Below, piece after piece: positions 39,584 to 50,565 of a DNA stretch of 64,000 nucleotides. Source of the stretch: an uncultured Thermus sp. (GTDB taxonomy: Bacteria > Deinococcota > Deinococci > Deinococcales > Thermaceae); NCBI GenBank assembly GCA_947085095.1, contig CAMTVD010000004.1, forward strand, positions 32,001 through 96,000, given 5' to 3'. Within the stretch, counting starts at the first letter, position 1, and the number at the start of each line of letters is the position of its first letter. Made by a program: the position numbers and the translations under genes. The notes under the pieces were generated by a model. It was not told where the DNA came from. It was given only the letters and a program-made list of their open reading frames with translations, and did no database searches.

Positions 39584-41685
39584 GGCCTCTCCTCCGAAGG
39601 GGCCTCGGGGACGGCCTCCGCCCCGGGGGTAGCCGGGGGAGGCTCGGCAGAAGGCGCTTCCAAAGGCGGTGGCGGCGGCACAGGCACTCCCCTGGCGGGG
39701 AAGGCCATCTCTATCCCGTTGGGGGAGAGGTAGCCCGAAACCAGGTCCACCCGCGCCTTGACCAGACCCGGGGGCAGGGGGATATCCCCGGCGGGCCGGC
39801 CCCTGAGGGCCTCGGCCACAAAGTCCCGCCAGATGGGAGGGTTCACCACCGAGCTGGAGGGCTCCCGCCCCCCCAGGCGCAAGGGACGGTTGTCGTCCCG
39901 CCCCACCCAGACCACGGCGGAAAGCCCCCTGGTCACTCCGGCGAACCACAGGTCCCGGGCCTCGTTGGTGGTGCCGGTCTTGCCCCCCACCACCCTCCCG
40001 GGAACGCGGGCCCTCTTGGCAAGCCCCTTCTCCCCCAGGTCGTACACGTAGCCCTTGAGGAGATCCCAGCCCTGGTAGGCCACCAGGGGGTCAAAGAGGC
40101 GGCGGCGCTCCGGGGTGGCGCGGTAAAGCACCTGTCCCCTTGCGTCCTCCACCCGCTCCACGAAGATGGGAGCCACCCGGTACCCCCCGTTCACAAAGGC
40201 GGCATAGGCGGCGGCCAGGTCTATGGGGGTGACGGATGCCCCCCCGATGGCGATGGCCAGGGTGGGGTAGCGCACGGCGAAGCCCGCCTGGGCGAGCTTT
40301 TCCGCCACCTTCTCCACCCCCACCTGGTGGGCGGTGTACACGGCGGGCAGGTTCAGGGAGAGGTCCAGGGCGTAGCGCACGGTAACGCTCTGGTTTAGGA
40401 AGGTTCCCGAGAAGTTCTTGGGCCGCCAGATCCCCCCGGGCTGGCTCGGGTCGGAGAACTCTAGGGGGCGGTCGGGCACCAGGGTGGCCTGGGTCCAGCC
40501 CGCCTCAAAGGCGGTGGCGTAGACAAAGGGCTTCACCGCGCTCCCTGGGTTCCGAAGAGCCCGGGTGGCGCGGTTGTACTCATCGCCCTCCCGCCTCACC
40601 CCCCCCACCAGGGCCAGAACCTCCCCGGTCTCCGGGTCCAGGGCCACGAGGGCGAGGTCGGCCCCCTCCGGCAGGCGTGCCCTCGAGGCCGCGGCCTCCG
40701 CCGCCCGCTGCATGGCGGGGTCCAGGGTGGTGTAGACCCTCAAGCCCCCCTCCCCGTAGACCTTTTCCTTGCCGAAGCGGGCCTCGAGGAACCGCCGCAC
40801 CTCCAGCACAAAGTGCGGGGCCATGCGGGGGTCCAGCGGTCGCACCAGCCGGGCCTCGGGGTCCGCAAGCTCGGCTTCCAGGAGGTTTCCTTCCCCGTCA
40901 TAGCGGACCCGCCAGCCCCGGGGGGCGAGGGGCTCCCGCCAGGCAGCTTCGGCCACCTCCCGGCTCACCCAGCCCTCGGCCACCATCTCCTCCAGTAGGC
41001 GGCGCATCCGCTCCCGCACCCCCTTGAGGTCCCCGTAGCGGGCGTTGGGGGCGGGCACCAAGGAGGCCAAGTAGAGCCCCTCGGCCAGGGTCAGGGCCCC
41101 GGGGTCCTTGCCAAAGTAGGCCTCGGCCGCCCCCCCAAGCCCCACCGCGTTCCCTCCCCAGGGCACCACGTTCAGGTACATCTCCAGGATCTCTTCCTTG
41201 GTGTAGCGGCGCTCCAGCTCCAGGGCCAGGGCCCACTCCTTGACCTTGCGCTCCAGGGTCCTCTCCTGGGCCAGGTCCTTGAGGAGGGTGTTCTTGATGA
41301 CCTGGGTGGTGATGGTGCTTCCCCCCTGGAGATCCCCCCGGAGCACGGCGTAGAGGGCCCCAAAGAGGCGGAGGAAGTCCACCCCGTAGTGCTGGAAATA
41401 GCGGCGGTCCTCAGAGAAGACCAGGGCGGCCAAGGCGGCGGGGGACACCTGGGAAAGGCGCACCAGGCCCCGGTGGATGGCCCGCCCCTCCTCCACGCTG
41501 GCCAGCTGGGCCAGCAAAGACCCGTCCCTGGCGAAAAGGGTGGAGGTGGCGGTGAGGCGCAGGCGGTCCAGCTGGGAAAGGTCCGGCAGGCCCCGGGTGT
41601 AGGCGTAGGCGATGTAACCCAAGGCCAGCCCTACTCCCAGAAGGAGAGCGAGGAGCAGGAGGGCCAAAAAGCGAAGCCAGCGCAC
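39580..41685 (-). CDS. Class A penicillin-binding protein (PBP1A family)
   Basis: EDRRYFQHYG, GGSTITTQ, RKVKE, SAVK (SxxK), SLN, KTG; GTG 7 nt after TAAACT (ORF track start 41703). Confidence 0.93.
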   Translation of the reverse strand: MRWLRFLALLLLALLLGVGLALGYIAYAYTRGLPDLSQLDRLRLTATSTLFARDGSLLAQLASVEEGRAIHRGLVRLSQVSPAALAALVFSEDRRYFQHYGVDFLRLFGALYAVLRGDLQGGSTITTQVIKNTLLKDLAQERTLERKVKEWALALELERRYTKEEILEMYLNVVPWGGNAVGLGGAAEAYFGKDPGALTLAEGLYLASLVPAPNARYGDLKGVRERMRRLLEEMVAEGWVSREVAEAAWREPLAPRGWRVRYDGEGNLLEAELADPEARLVRPLDPRMAPHFVLEVRRFLEARFGKEKVYGEGGLRVYTTLDPAMQRAAEAAASRARLPEGADLALVALDPETGEVLALVGGVRREGDEYNRATRALRNPGSAVKPFVYATAFEAGWTQATLVPDRPLEFSDPSQPGGIWRPKNFSGTFLNQSVTVRYALDLSLNLPAVYTAHQVGVEKVAEKLAQAGFAVRYPTLAIAIGGASVTPIDLAAAYAAFVNGGYRVAPIFVERVEDARGQVLYRATPERRRLFDPLVAYQGWDLLKGYVYDLGEKGLAKRARVPGRVVGGKTGTTNEARDLWFAGVTRGLSAVVWVGRDDNRPLRLGGREPSSSVVNPPIWRDFVAEALRGRPAGDIPLPPGLVKARVDLVSGYLSPNGIEMAFPARGVPVPPPPPLEAPSAEPPPATPGAEAVPEAPSEERP

Positions 41686-41713
41686 GGCCTTCAGTTTACC
41701 CAAGAGCGGGGCT

Positions 41714-42076
41714 TCAGGAAGCTAAGCCCAGAAAGCGGTAGAGCTTCTCCCGGGTAAGGGGTTTCTCTAGGGCCACAACCCGCACCACCTCCGCGGTGGT
41801 GCGGAGCTTTTCCGTAGGGGGGATGAGCACGGCCAAGGGCACCGACTTCAAGCGCTTCACGTGGCGGATGCGGGCGGCCACGGCAAAAGGGTCCACGTCC
41901 AGATCCTCGTCCAAAAGGATGTGGCGCGGCGTGTTCTCCACCAACCAAAAAAGGCCTTCCCGGGCCGAGTCAAAGTAACGAACGGGAATCCCCCGTTCCG
42001 CAAGGACGAGCTCCGTATAGGCCCTGAGGGCCTCGTTGCGGCTTAATAAGAGGAGGCCTGGATACTCCGCCGCCAC
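41714..42076 (-). CDS. Stand-alone atypical receiver-domain protein
   Basis: REC-like fold (HILLD, VPLAVL, EKP) without the N-terminal acidic pocket. Confidence 0.7.
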   Translation of the reverse strand: MAAEYPGLLLLSRNEALRAYTELVLAERGIPVRYFDSAREGLFWLVENTPRHILLDEDLDVDPFAVAARIRHVKRLKSVPLAVLIPPTEKLRTTAEVVRVVALEKPLTREKLYRFLGLAS

Positions 42077-42119
42077 GGGGCCAGTTTACGGGGGCTTTGC
42101 GAAAAAGGCGTGAAAAAAC

Positions 42120-42193
42120 TGGCTGGGGCGCGTGGACTCGAACCACGACCGGCGGATCCAAAGTCCGCTGTCCTGCCATTAGACGACGCCCCA
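42120..42193 (-). tRNA. tRNA-Gln(TTG)
   Basis: TGGGGCG...GCGGA-CTTTGGA-TCCGC...GGTTCGAGTCC...CGCCCCAGCCA cloverleaf, 74 nt, encoded CCA. Confidence 0.97.
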
Positions 42194-42206
42194 GCGGCCA
42201 AGGGAG

Positions 42207-42235
42207 ATTGTAGGGCAAAAGGGGCTTGTCGTCAA
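42207..42235 (-). promoter_or_regulatory. Near-consensus promoter of tRNA-Gln
   Basis: TTGACG, 17 nt, TACAAT on the minus strand. Confidence 0.8.
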
Positions 42236-43338
42236 ACGTGGAAGAGGATATAGAGGACATCCCCGTCCTGGACCTCGTAGTCCTTGCCCTCGAGGCGCAC
42301 CCAGCCCCGCTCCTTGGCCCTGGCCCACCCCCCGGCCTCCACCAGCCTGTCCCAGGGGATGACCTCGGCCCGGATAAAGCCCCTCTCCATGTCCGAGTGG
42401 ATCTCCCCCGCGGCCTGGGGGGCCTTGGTGCCCCGCCGCACCGTCCAGGCCCGCACCTCCTTCTCCCCAGCGGTGAAGAAGGTGAGGAGGTCCAAGGCCC
42501 GGTAGCCCGCCCGGGCCAGGCGCTTTAGGCCGCTTTCCTTCAGGCCATAGGCAGCGAGGAGCTCCCTGGCCTCCTCCTCGGAAAGCTCGGCAAGCTCCGC
42601 CTCCAGCCTGGCGGAGACCACCACCACCTCACCCCCTTCCCCCTCCGCCCTCGCCCGAAGGGCGGCCACGTGGGGGTTTCCCGCCCCCTCGGGCAGGTCC
42701 TCCTCGGCCACGTTGGCCACGTAGATCACCGGCTTGGCGGTGAGGAGAGGGGTCTCCTTGAGGAGGCGGCGGGCCTCCTCGGAAAGGGGAAAGGTACGGG
42801 CAGGCTTCCCCTCGCTCAGGTGGGCGTGGAGGGCCTCGGCAGCCTCCAGAAGGGGCGCCACCTCCCGGTTGGCCCGGGCCTCCTTCCTCAGGCGTTCTAG
42901 GCGCCTCTCCCAGGAGGCCAGATCCGCCAGGAGAAGCTCGGTTTCCACCACCTCCACGTCCTCTAAAGGGTCCACCCGGCCCATCACGTGGACCACGTTG
43001 GGGTCGGGAAAGCAGCGCACCACGTGGGCGATGGCCGCCACCTCGCGGATGTGGGCCAGGAACTGGTTGCCAAGCCCCTCCCCCTTGTGGGCCCCCTTCA
43101 CCAGGCCGGCGATGTCCACGAACTCCACGTGGGTGGGTACCACCGGGGGTAGGCGCTCCCCCTTGGCAAAGGTCTTCTGCAGGGCGTAAAGGCGGGGGTC
43201 CTCCAGGGCCACCACCCCCACGTTCTTGTCAATGGTGGCGAAGGGGTAGTTGGCGGCCAGGGCCCCGGCCCGGGTGAGGGCGTTGAACAGGGTGGATTTG
43301 CCCACGTTGGGTAGACCGACGATTCCTACGGCAAGCAT
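42232..43338 (-). CDS. ychF: Redox-regulated ATPase YchF
   Basis: GLPNVGKST, ANYPFATI, DIAGLVKGA, GEGLGNQFL, TGS domain. Confidence 0.97.
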   Translation of the reverse strand: MLAVGIVGLPNVGKSTLFNALTRAGALAANYPFATIDKNVGVVALEDPRLYALQKTFAKGERLPPVVPTHVEFVDIAGLVKGAHKGEGLGNQFLAHIREVAAIAHVVRCFPDPNVVHVMGRVDPLEDVEVVETELLLADLASWERRLERLRKEARANREVAPLLEAAEALHAHLSEGKPARTFPLSEEARRLLKETPLLTAKPVIYVANVAEEDLPEGAGNPHVAALRARAEGEGGEVVVVSARLEAELAELSEEEARELLAAYGLKESGLKRLARAGYRALDLLTFFTAGEKEVRAWTVRRGTKAPQAAGEIHSDMERGFIRAEVIPWDRLVEAGGWARAKERGWVRLEGKDYEVQDGDVLYILFHV

Positions 43339-43434
43339 CTTGACCTCAAAAAAAGCCCCATTCGGGGCTTCCCCTTATCCTAGCACAAGGCCGCCTAGCC
43401 TTCTCAGCCTGGCGGCCCCTATGATGGTCAAGGT

Positions 43435-44094
43435 ATGGACCTGGCCGCCCACATTGACCACACCCTCCTCAAGCCCACCGCCACCCCGGAAGAAGTCTTG
43501 AAGGCGGCGGAAGAGGCCCTGGAATACGGCTTTTTCGGCCTCTGCATCCCCCCCTCTTACGTGGGCCTGGTACGTCAGGCCTACCCCCACGCCCCCTTCC
43601 GCCTGGTGACCGTGGTGGGCTTCCCCCTGGGCTACCAGGAGAAAGAGGTGAAGGCCCTCGAGGCCGCCCTGGCCTTCGCCCGGGGCGCGGAGGAGGTGGA
43701 CATGGTCCTCCACCTGGGCCGGGCCAAGGCGGGAGACCTGGCCTATCTGGAGGCGGAGGTCCAGGCGGTGCGCCAGGCGGTGCCCAAGGCGGTCCTTAAG
43801 GTCATCCTGGAAACAGGATACTTTTCCGAGGAGGAGGTCCGGAGCATGGCCGAGGCGGCCATCCGGGGTGGGGCGGACTTCCTCAAGACCTCCACGGGCT
43901 TTGGTCCTAGAGGGGCCAGCCCAGAGGACGTGGCCCTCCTCCTGGAGGTGGCCCGGGGCCGGGCCCAGGTGAAGGCGGCCGGGGGCATCCGGGACCGGGA
44001 GACGGCCCTCAGGTTTCTGGAAATGGGGGCCACCCGCCTCGGCACCTCCAGCGGCGTGGCCCTGGTGCGAGGGAAGGAAGGGCATGGGTACTAA
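43435..44094 (+). CDS. deoC: Deoxyribose-phosphate aldolase
   Basis: IDHTLLKP, VVGFPLG, KVILETG, KTSTGF, KAAGGIR, RLGTS. Confidence 0.97.
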   Translation: MDLAAHIDHTLLKPTATPEEVLKAAEEALEYGFFGLCIPPSYVGLVRQAYPHAPFRLVTVVGFPLGYQEKEVKALEAALAFARGAEEVDMVLHLGRAKAGDLAYLEAEVQAVRQAVPKAVLKVILETGYFSEEEVRSMAEAAIRGGADFLKTSTGFGPRGASPEDVALLLEVARGRAQVKAAGGIRDRETALRFLEMGATRLGTSSGVALVRGKEGHGY

Positions 44095-45223
44095 AAGGCG
44101 GAAAAGGAAAGAGATCGCCGGGCTTCCCGGCTACCTGGTCCTCCTGGTCCTCCTCCTGGTCTGGCTCTTCCAGGAACTCCGCCCTGGCCCTTCTCCCTCA
44201 GCCCCCCCGGAAACCGGGCAGGCGGAGGTCTACTTCATGCCCCAGGAGGGGGAAAAGGCCAAGGCCAGGCTCCTTTTCCTGATGGAGGGGGCCAAGGAAA
44301 GCCTCCGGGGGGCCTTCTACGAGTTCCGCGACCTAGAGGTGGCCAGGGGCCTCCTCGAGGCCAAGAGGCGGGGGGTGAGGGTGGAGATCTACGGGGAAAG
44401 CGACTACCGGCAGGACTTCCGCCGCTACCTGGTGGCGGCGAGCCTGGGCCAGACCCAGGAGCCCCCCAGGGTGGCCCAGGCGGCCTTGCGGGAGAGGGTC
44501 CGCCCCATCTCCATAGACTGCGAGGAGATCGCGGGCATCCCCGTCTGCTTTGACGAGCGGGAAGGCTTCATGCACCACAAGTTCCTGGTGGTGGACGGGA
44601 AGGCGGTGTGGACGGGGAGCGCCAACATGACCTGGAACGCCTTCGCCCGCAATAACGAAAACAGCCTCCTCCTCCCTTCCCCCACCCTGGCTGCGGGCTA
44701 CTTAGAGGAGTTCCAGGCCCTTTTCGGGGGCGAGAAAGTGGGCCTGGGGAAGCCCGTAGCCTTCCGGCTGGAGGACCCCTTGGTGGAGGGGACCGCCTAT
44801 TTTAGCCCTAAAGGGGGAACGGAGGGGAGGCAGGCCCTTTTGCAGAGGGTGCGGAAAACCCAGAAGGAGATCCTGGTGGCCGCCTTCGTCCTCACGGACC
44901 GGGAGGTAGTGGAGGCCCTCGAGGACGCCCACCGCCGAGGGGTGGCCCTGAAGGTCCTTCTGGAGACCCGCAACCTCCGGGACAGCCGGGAGGAGGACCT
45001 GAGGAAGGCGGGGATCCCCGTGCGCCAGGACGGCAACCCCTACACCATGCACCACAAGGTGATGGTCCTGGACGGGGAGTGGCTGGTGACGGGGAGCTAC
45101 AACTTCTCCGCCCGGGCCTGGCAGGTGAACAACGAAAACCTCCTGGTTCTGCGGAGCCCCAGCCTGGCCGGGCGCTTTCGGGAGGAGGTCCTAAGGCTAT
45201 GGGAGGAAGGGAAACCCCTTTAG
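44084..45223 (+). CDS. Membrane-anchored phospholipase D-superfamily nuclease/phosphodiesterase
   Basis: N-terminal TM; two HKD motifs (HHKFLVVD...GSAN and HHKVMVLD...GSYN). Confidence 0.88.
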   Translation: MGTKRRKRKEIAGLPGYLVLLVLLLVWLFQELRPGPSPSAPPETGQAEVYFMPQEGEKAKARLLFLMEGAKESLRGAFYEFRDLEVARGLLEAKRRGVRVEIYGESDYRQDFRRYLVAASLGQTQEPPRVAQAALRERVRPISIDCEEIAGIPVCFDEREGFMHHKFLVVDGKAVWTGSANMTWNAFARNNENSLLLPSPTLAAGYLEEFQALFGGEKVGLGKPVAFRLEDPLVEGTAYFSPKGGTEGRQALLQRVRKTQKEILVAAFVLTDREVVEALEDAHRRGVALKVLLETRNLRDSREEDLRKAGIPVRQDGNPYTMHHKVMVLDGEWLVTGSYNFSARAWQVNNENLLVLRSPSLAGRFREEVLRLWEEGKPL

Positions 45224-45762
45224 TCCTGGCCTCGGGGAGCCCCCGGCGGAAGGCCCTCCTCGAGGCCCTGGGCTACCCCCTCTATCTAAAGCCCCCGGGG
45301 GTGGCGGAGGAGGACCTGGGGCTACCCCCCAAGGCCCTGGCCCAGGCCCTGGCCCGCAGAAAGGGGGAAAGCGTGGCCGGGGCCTGGGTCCTGGCCGCCG
45401 ACACCGTGGTGGACCTGGACGGGAAGGTCCTGGGCAAGCCCAAGGACCGGGAGGAAAACCGCCATTTCCTGCGCCTCCTCTCGGGGCGGGACCACCTGGT
45501 GCACACCGCCCTCTACCTGCGCACCCCCTTAGACCTGGTGGAGGAGGTGCACACCGCCAAGGTGCGCTTCCGCCCCCTAAGCGAGGAGGAGATCCTCTGG
45601 TACGTGAATAGCGGGGAGGGCCTGGACAAAGCGGGGGGCTACGGGGCCCAGGGTCTGGGCATGGCCCTTATAGAGAGGGTGGAAGGGGACTTCTACACCG
45701 TGGTGGGCCTTCCCGTCTCCCGGGTCTTCGCCCTCCTCTGGGAAAGGGGGTTCCGCCCGTGA
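45199..45762 (+). CDS. maf: Maf nucleoside triphosphate pyrophosphatase
   Basis: [33 protein letters not shown]. Confidence 0.93.
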   Translation: MGGRETPLVLASGSPRRKALLEALGYPLYLKPPGVAEEDLGLPPKALAQALARRKGESVAGAWVLAADTVVDLDGKVLGKPKDREENRHFLRLLSGRDHLVHTALYLRTPLDLVEEVHTAKVRFRPLSEEEILWYVNSGEGLDKAGGYGAQGLGMALIERVEGDFYTVVGLPVSRVFALLWERGFRP

Positions 45763-46547
45763 GGGGGGTGGTCCTCCGCCGGGGACTTTTTCTGGCCCTC
45801 CTCCTTCTCGGCCTGGGGCTCGCCGCCCTCACCCGGCCCCTCGCCCCCAAGCTCACCCTCGCCCTCTCCCCCCTCACCGCCCCCCTTCCCGCCCTGGGGT
45901 TCCGCCTGGGGCAGAACCTGAAGGCCGCCTGGGACACCCTCCTTAACCGGCAGGACCTCTACGCGGAAAACCAGGCCCTGAAGGCCAAGCTGCTCCTTCT
46001 GGAGGGGGAGAACCGCCGGCTGGCCCTCGAGGTGGCCCGTCTGGAGAGGGCCCTGGCGGTGCGGCAGGCCCAGGCCCCTGGCCTTTTGGCCGTGGCCCCG
46101 GTGATCGGGGAGGACCTCTCCGGGCTCTACCGCCGCCTCATCCTGGGCATGGGGGAGCGGGACGGCCTCCGGGTGGGCATGCCCGTCACCGCCCCCGAGG
46201 GCCTGGTGGGCCTCATCGTGGAGGTGGAGGAAAGGAGGGCTTTGGTGCGCACCCTCCTGGACCCAGAAAGCCAGGTGGGGGTGCGGCCGGAGAGGAGCCC
46301 GGGGCGGGGGGTGGCCCGCGGCGTGCCCCCGAACCGCCTGGTGGCGGAGTTCCCCCCCACGGTGAAGCTCTCCCCCGGGGAGCTCCTCCTCACCGGGGCC
46401 CCCCTGGGACTTTTCCCCGACGGCATCCCCGTGGGCAGGATAGAACGGGTGGAGAGGGTCCAGGGGGGCCTCAAGCAACGGGCCTGGGTCCGGCCTTTGG
46501 TGGAGCTCTCCCTTCTGGAAGAGGCCATGGTCTTGAGGCCCTTATGA
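45759..46547 (+). CDS. mreC: Rod shape-determining protein MreC
   Basis: TM, coiled coil ENRRL, GMPV...[12 protein letters not shown]. Confidence 0.92.
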   Translation: MRGVVLRRGLFLALLLLGLGLAALTRPLAPKLTLALSPLTAPLPALGFRLGQNLKAAWDTLLNRQDLYAENQALKAKLLLLEGENRRLALEVARLERALAVRQAQAPGLLAVAPVIGEDLSGLYRRLILGMGERDGLRVGMPVTAPEGLVGLIVEVEERRALVRTLLDPESQVGVRPERSPGRGVARGVPPNRLVAEFPPTVKLSPGELLLTGAPLGLFPDGIPVGRIERVERVQGGLKQRAWVRPLVELSLLEEAMVLRPL

Positions 46548-46990
46548 GGACGTTTGCCGCCCTGCTCCTCACCCTCTTCCTCGCGGGCCTTCTGGCCGCC
46601 CTCTGGCCCGAAGGGGTCATGGCCCCGGACCTCTTCCTGGTCCTGGCCCTTTGGTACGCTCAAGGGAGACCCTACTACCTGGGCCTCCCCCTCGCCTTTG
46701 GCCTGGGTCTGGTCCAGGACCTCCTGGGCTTTGGCCTTCTGGGCCTCCATGGGGTAGGTCTGCTCGCCGCCACCTACGCCTACTACGCCGCAAGCCGCCG
46801 CCTGACCTCGGGCGAGGGCCTCACCGCCCTGTTCATCTTTTCCTGGGCTTTTTTGGCCAAGTGGCTGGGCTACTTCCTGGTGGCCTACTGGCTTAGGCTG
46901 GAGCTCCCCCCCTTCGTTCCCTTAGACCTTCTCCTCGAGGGCCTCCTCACCCTGCCCTTCTTCTTCCTGGTCCAGCGCCTCAGACTATGA
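46544..46990 (+). CDS. mreD: Rod shape-determining protein MreD
   Basis: Hydrophobic; PDL, GLVQDLL; lies between mreC and mrdA. Confidence 0.88.
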   Translation: MRTFAALLLTLFLAGLLAALWPEGVMAPDLFLVLALWYAQGRPYYLGLPLAFGLGLVQDLLGFGLLGLHGVGLLAATYAYYAASRRLTSGEGLTALFIFSWAFLAKWLGYFLVAYWLRLELPPFVPLDLLLEGLLTLPFFFLVQRLRL

Positions 46991-48717
46991 CCGGCCGCCT
47001 CTACGCCCTCATGGCCTTCTTCCTCCTGGCCTTCGGCCTCCTGGGCCTAAGGGCGTGGCAGCTTCAGGTGCTGGAGCACGAGAAGTACGCCCTGAGGAGC
47101 CAGGGAAACTACCTCAAGACCGAAAGGATCCCCGCCCCCCGGGGCCGGATCCTGGACCGCAAGGGCCGGGTCATCGCCCAGGACCGGCTGGTGGTGGACC
47201 TGGTCTACGAGGGGGGAACGGTGGCCTTTCAGGAAAGGCTCCTTCCCCTCCTCGGCCTGAAGGAACTCCCCCGGGGCCCCGCCGTCCTCAAGGCCGGGAT
47301 CCCTGAACACCTCCTCCCCACCCTGGCCGAGCTCACCGCTGGCCAGAAGAACCTCAAGCTTTTGGAGCGCATAGAGCGCACCTACCCAAACCCCATCTCC
47401 GGGCCCGTTTTGGGCTACGTCCTCTTGGCCAACCCCGAGCAGGTGAAAAGGGGCTACCACCCGGAGGAGCAGGTGGGCCAGGCGGGCCTCGAGGGGGCCC
47501 TGGAACCCTACCTAAGGGGAAGGGCCGGGGTCAAGGCGGTGGAGGTGAACGTCCGAGGGGAGCGCCTGCGGGAGGCCATCCTGGAGGAGCCCACCCCGGG
47601 GCAGGACGTGGTCCTCACCCTGGACCTGGACCTGCAACGGGCAGCGGAAAAGGCCCTGGAAGAAGCCCTACAGGACATCAACGAAGGCCGCCGCCGAAAC
47701 GGGCTTCCCCCCGCCAGCCGGGTCAAGGGAGCCATCGTGGCCCTTGACCCCACCACGGGGGAGGTCCTGGCCATGGCCTCCGCCCCCTCCTTTGACCCCG
47801 GACTCTTCTCCCAGCGCCCCGTGCCCCGGGAGGTGCAAAACCTCCTCCGGGACAGGGACCTCCCCCTCCTCAACCGGGCCCTCCAGCCCTACACCCCGGG
47901 TTCCACCTTCAAGCTGGCCACCAGCTACGCCCTCCTGGAAGAGCGGTACGTGAACCCTTCCACCGCCTACCGCTGCAGCCCCTACCTGGTCTTCGGGGGG
48001 CAGGTGCGCCGAAACTGGGCGGGCTGGGACATGGGCCCCATGACCGTCAAGGAGGCCATCGCCTGGAGCTGCAACACCTGGTACTACCAGGCGGTGGCCC
48101 AGGACCCTTTGGGTTTCCCAGACCGCCTGGCGGAGAGGGCCCGTCTCCTGGGCCTGGGGGAGGCCACGGGCCTCGAGGTGCCGGAAAAAACGGGCCTCCT
48201 CCCCACAAGGAGCTGGAAGCGGGAGGTCCTAAAGGAGCCCTGGTACCCGGGAGAGACCCTTTCCGTGGCCATCGGCCAAGGCCCCATCCTCGCCACCCCC
48301 GCCCAGATCGCCCGGATGCTGGCCACCATCGCCAACGAGGGCAAAAAACCCCGCCTCCACCTGGTAAAGCGCCTGGGAAACCTGCCCGTAGCCCCACGTT
48401 TGGAGGCCGTGCCGGGGCAGTCCTGGAAGGTCCTGAAGGAGGGCATGCGGAAGACGGTGACCCAGGGAACCGCCCGCCACCTCCTGGGGGAGTTTCCCGT
48501 CCCCACCGGCGGGAAAACGGGCACCGCCGAGACCCCGGGGAAGCGGGCCGGCCTGGAACACGCCTGGTACATGGGGTATGGCCCCGCGGAACCCGGCACC
48601 CCTCACCCTCCCCTGGTGGTGGTGGCCTTTTTTGAAAACGGGGGGGAGGGGAGCCGGGTAGCCCTTCCGGCGGTGAGAAAGGTGATGGCCGCCCACTGGC
48701 AGGTGCCCTCCCCTTAG
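46987..48717 (+). CDS. mrdA: Penicillin-binding protein 2
   Basis: APRGRILDR, PGSTFK, SCN, GKTGTAE. Confidence 0.93.
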   Translation: MTGRLYALMAFFLLAFGLLGLRAWQLQVLEHEKYALRSQGNYLKTERIPAPRGRILDRKGRVIAQDRLVVDLVYEGGTVAFQERLLPLLGLKELPRGPAVLKAGIPEHLLPTLAELTAGQKNLKLLERIERTYPNPISGPVLGYVLLANPEQVKRGYHPEEQVGQAGLEGALEPYLRGRAGVKAVEVNVRGERLREAILEEPTPGQDVVLTLDLDLQRAAEKALEEALQDINEGRRRNGLPPASRVKGAIVALDPTTGEVLAMASAPSFDPGLFSQRPVPREVQNLLRDRDLPLLNRALQPYTPGSTFKLATSYALLEERYVNPSTAYRCSPYLVFGGQVRRNWAGWDMGPMTVKEAIAWSCNTWYYQAVAQDPLGFPDRLAERARLLGLGEATGLEVPEKTGLLPTRSWKREVLKEPWYPGETLSVAIGQGPILATPAQIARMLATIANEGKKPRLHLVKRLGNLPVAPRLEAVPGQSWKVLKEGMRKTVTQGTARHLLGEFPVPTGGKTGTAETPGKRAGLEHAWYMGYGPAEPGTPHPPLVVVAFFENGGEGSRVALPAVRKVMAAHWQVPSP

Positions 48718-48726
48718 AATGGGGCC

Positions 48727-49254
48727 ATGCGGCTTCGCGCCACCCATAGGGCCTTGGCCCTCCGCCTGGACGGGAACGAAACCCCCGAGGACCTACAGGG
48801 CCTGAGCCTGCCCGAAGCCCTGCCCCTGGAGGTGGAGGTGGCGGGCCCCGTGGGGCGGGAGGCCCTGGAAGCCCTGCTCTCCCTGGGACGACCCCTCACC
48901 CTGGTGCCCCCCAGGAACCAGAAGTCCACGGGCACCCTGGTGGTCCCCAAGACCTTAAGGGCGGGGGAGCGGGTGGAGCACCCGGGAACCATCGTGGTCC
49001 TGGGGGACGTCAACCCGGGGGCCGAGGTGGTGGCGGGGGGGGACGTGATCGTGGTGGGAAGGCTAAAGGGCCTGGCCCACGCCGGGGCGGGAGGGGATGA
49101 GGAGCGCTTCATTTTCGCCTTGGAGCTGGCCGCCAAACAGGTGCGCATCGGCCCCCACCTGGCCCAGGCCCCCGAAGGGGAAAAGGGGCGGGGAGCGGAG
49201 CTGGCCCGGGTGCAGGAGGGGCGGATCGTGGTGGAGCCCTGGGCTAAAAGGTGA
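48727..49254 (+). CDS. minC: Septum site-determining protein MinC
   Basis: TLRAGE...[31 protein letters not shown]. Confidence 0.93.
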   Translation: MRLRATHRALALRLDGNETPEDLQGLSLPEALPLEVEVAGPVGREALEALLSLGRPLTLVPPRNQKSTGTLVVPKTLRAGERVEHPGTIVVLGDVNPGAEVVAGGDVIVVGRLKGLAHAGAGGDEERFIFALELAAKQVRIGPHLAQAPEGEKGRGAELARVQEGRIVVEPWAKR

Positions 49255-49681
49255 TGGTCCCCCTGTCTACCCCGTACCGCTTCAAGACCAGGTAGATCAC
49301 CCAGCCCGAGAGGGCCACATAAAGCCAGATGGGCACCAAGACCCGGGCCCAGCGTTTGTGAAGAGGGAACTCCTTTCTAAAGGCCCGCCAGATGACGTAA
49401 AGGGCCAGGGGGCCGTTCAGAGCCGCCAGTAGGGTGTGGGTAGCCAGGAGGAGGTAATAGGCCCCCCGCCAGGACTCTGGCCCCCCATAGGCGGTGGTGC
49501 CGTAAAGGGCCCACTTGGTCAGGTAAAAGACCAAAAAGAGGGCCGCCAGGGCCGTGGCCGTGAGCATGGCCCGGGGATGGTTCACCCGATCCCCAAGACG
49601 GATGAGAACCACCCCCAAAAGCAAGGCCAGCCCCGAAAGCATAATGGTCCAGACGGCAAGAAGACCCAAAAGCTCCTTCAT
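49244..49681 (-). CDS. DUF420 membrane protein
   Basis: HPRAM, FLVFYL, THTLLA, HKRWAR...IWLYVALSG. Confidence 0.85.
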   Translation of the reverse strand: MKELLGLLAVWTIMLSGLALLLGVVLIRLGDRVNHPRAMLTATALAALFLVFYLTKWALYGTTAYGGPESWRGAYYLLLATHTLLAALNGPLALYVIWRAFRKEFPLHKRWARVLVPIWLYVALSGWVIYLVLKRYGVDRGTITF

Positions 49682-49953
49682 TGTTCCTCCGAATACCGCT
49701 CCGCAAGAAGGCGTACCGGCTCCAGCCGCGCGGTGCGGGCGTAGCTGTAACCCCGCAGGTAGTGCTCCTCCTTCTTGGTCAGCTGGTAAAGGCGCAGGTA
49801 GGCCACCGCCAGAAGTCCATCCCGCTCCCGACCAGGGGGCAGGCGGTGGAGGAGGCGGACGATCTCCCTCAGACGGCCCTCCCCGTAGGCCTCGAGGGGC
49901 GTCTCCCGCAAGGCCCGGGCCAGGTCGGCTAGCGTCTCCCCCAACCCCCGCAC
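49678..49953 (-). CDS. Hypothetical helical protein
   Basis: Thermus-like codon usage; GTG 7 nt after TAGACT; coupled to the DUF420 gene. Confidence 0.7.
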   Translation of the reverse strand: MRGLGETLADLARALRETPLEAYGEGRLREIVRLLHRLPPGRERDGLLAVAYLRLYQLTKKEEHYLRGYSYARTARLEPVRLLAERYSEEQ

Positions 49954-49971
49954 GGGAAGGAGTCTACCACG

Positions 49972-50544
49972 CTAAGGAAGGGCGCGCACCGCCCGGTTCC
50001 CGGCGGCATCCACCGCCACCAGGCTGGCCCCAGGGGGGGCCTCCACCACGAAGGGCACCGAGGTCCCCTTGGGGAGGGAGAGGGGCGTGTACCGCTGCCC
50101 CACCCGCAGGGAAACCCGTTCCACCCCCACGTTGTCCTCCACCACCCCGTAGACGCGGAGGAGACCCCCTTCCCGCTCCACCCGCTCTACACGGATCCTA
50201 GGCGGGGCGGCGTCCAGGGTGAGGGAAAGTCTTCTCTCTCCCCGGTTACCCAAGGCATCCTCCGCTTGGAGGCCAACCTCCACCTGGCCGGAGGTGGGGG
50301 CCTGCAGGCGGAAGCGGAACCGCACCAGCCGTTTGCCCCTTTCCTCCTCGGGGAGGACCTCCTTCCCGTTCACCCACACACCCGCCACCCCGGAAGGGTC
50401 AAAGGCGTAGCCCTCGGCCACCACGCTCCTCCCCGGGGCCACCCCACCCCCCAAGGGCTCCACCAGGCTCACCTGGGGCGGCGCGGTGTCCGGCCGGGCG
50501 CAGGAAGCCAGAAAAAGAAGCAAGTAGAGGGGACGCCGAAGCAT
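49972..50544 (-). CDS. Lipoprotein with two Ig-like repeats
   Basis: Lipobox FLASC; DTAPP...EDALGN and DAAPP...VDAAGN repeats. Confidence 0.78.
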   Translation of the reverse strand: MLRRPLYLLLFLASCARPDTAPPQVSLVEPLGGGVAPGRSVVAEGYAFDPSGVAGVWVNGKEVLPEEERGKRLVRFRFRLQAPTSGQVEVGLQAEDALGNRGERRLSLTLDAAPPRIRVERVEREGGLLRVYGVVEDNVGVERVSLRVGQRYTPLSLPKGTSVPFVVEAPPGASLVAVDAAGNRAVRALP

Positions 50545-50565
50545 CCCCTCTATCCTACGCCAGGG

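Noticed and set aside
42090..42193. tRNA-Gln as integration site of an island or prophage
   Set aside because: No integrase and no duplicated tRNA 3' end seen; flanked by core genes
45199..49254. Absence of mreB and minD from the maf-mreCD-mrdA-minC cluster
   Set aside because: Genes are tightly coupled with no scar; most likely encoded elsewhere
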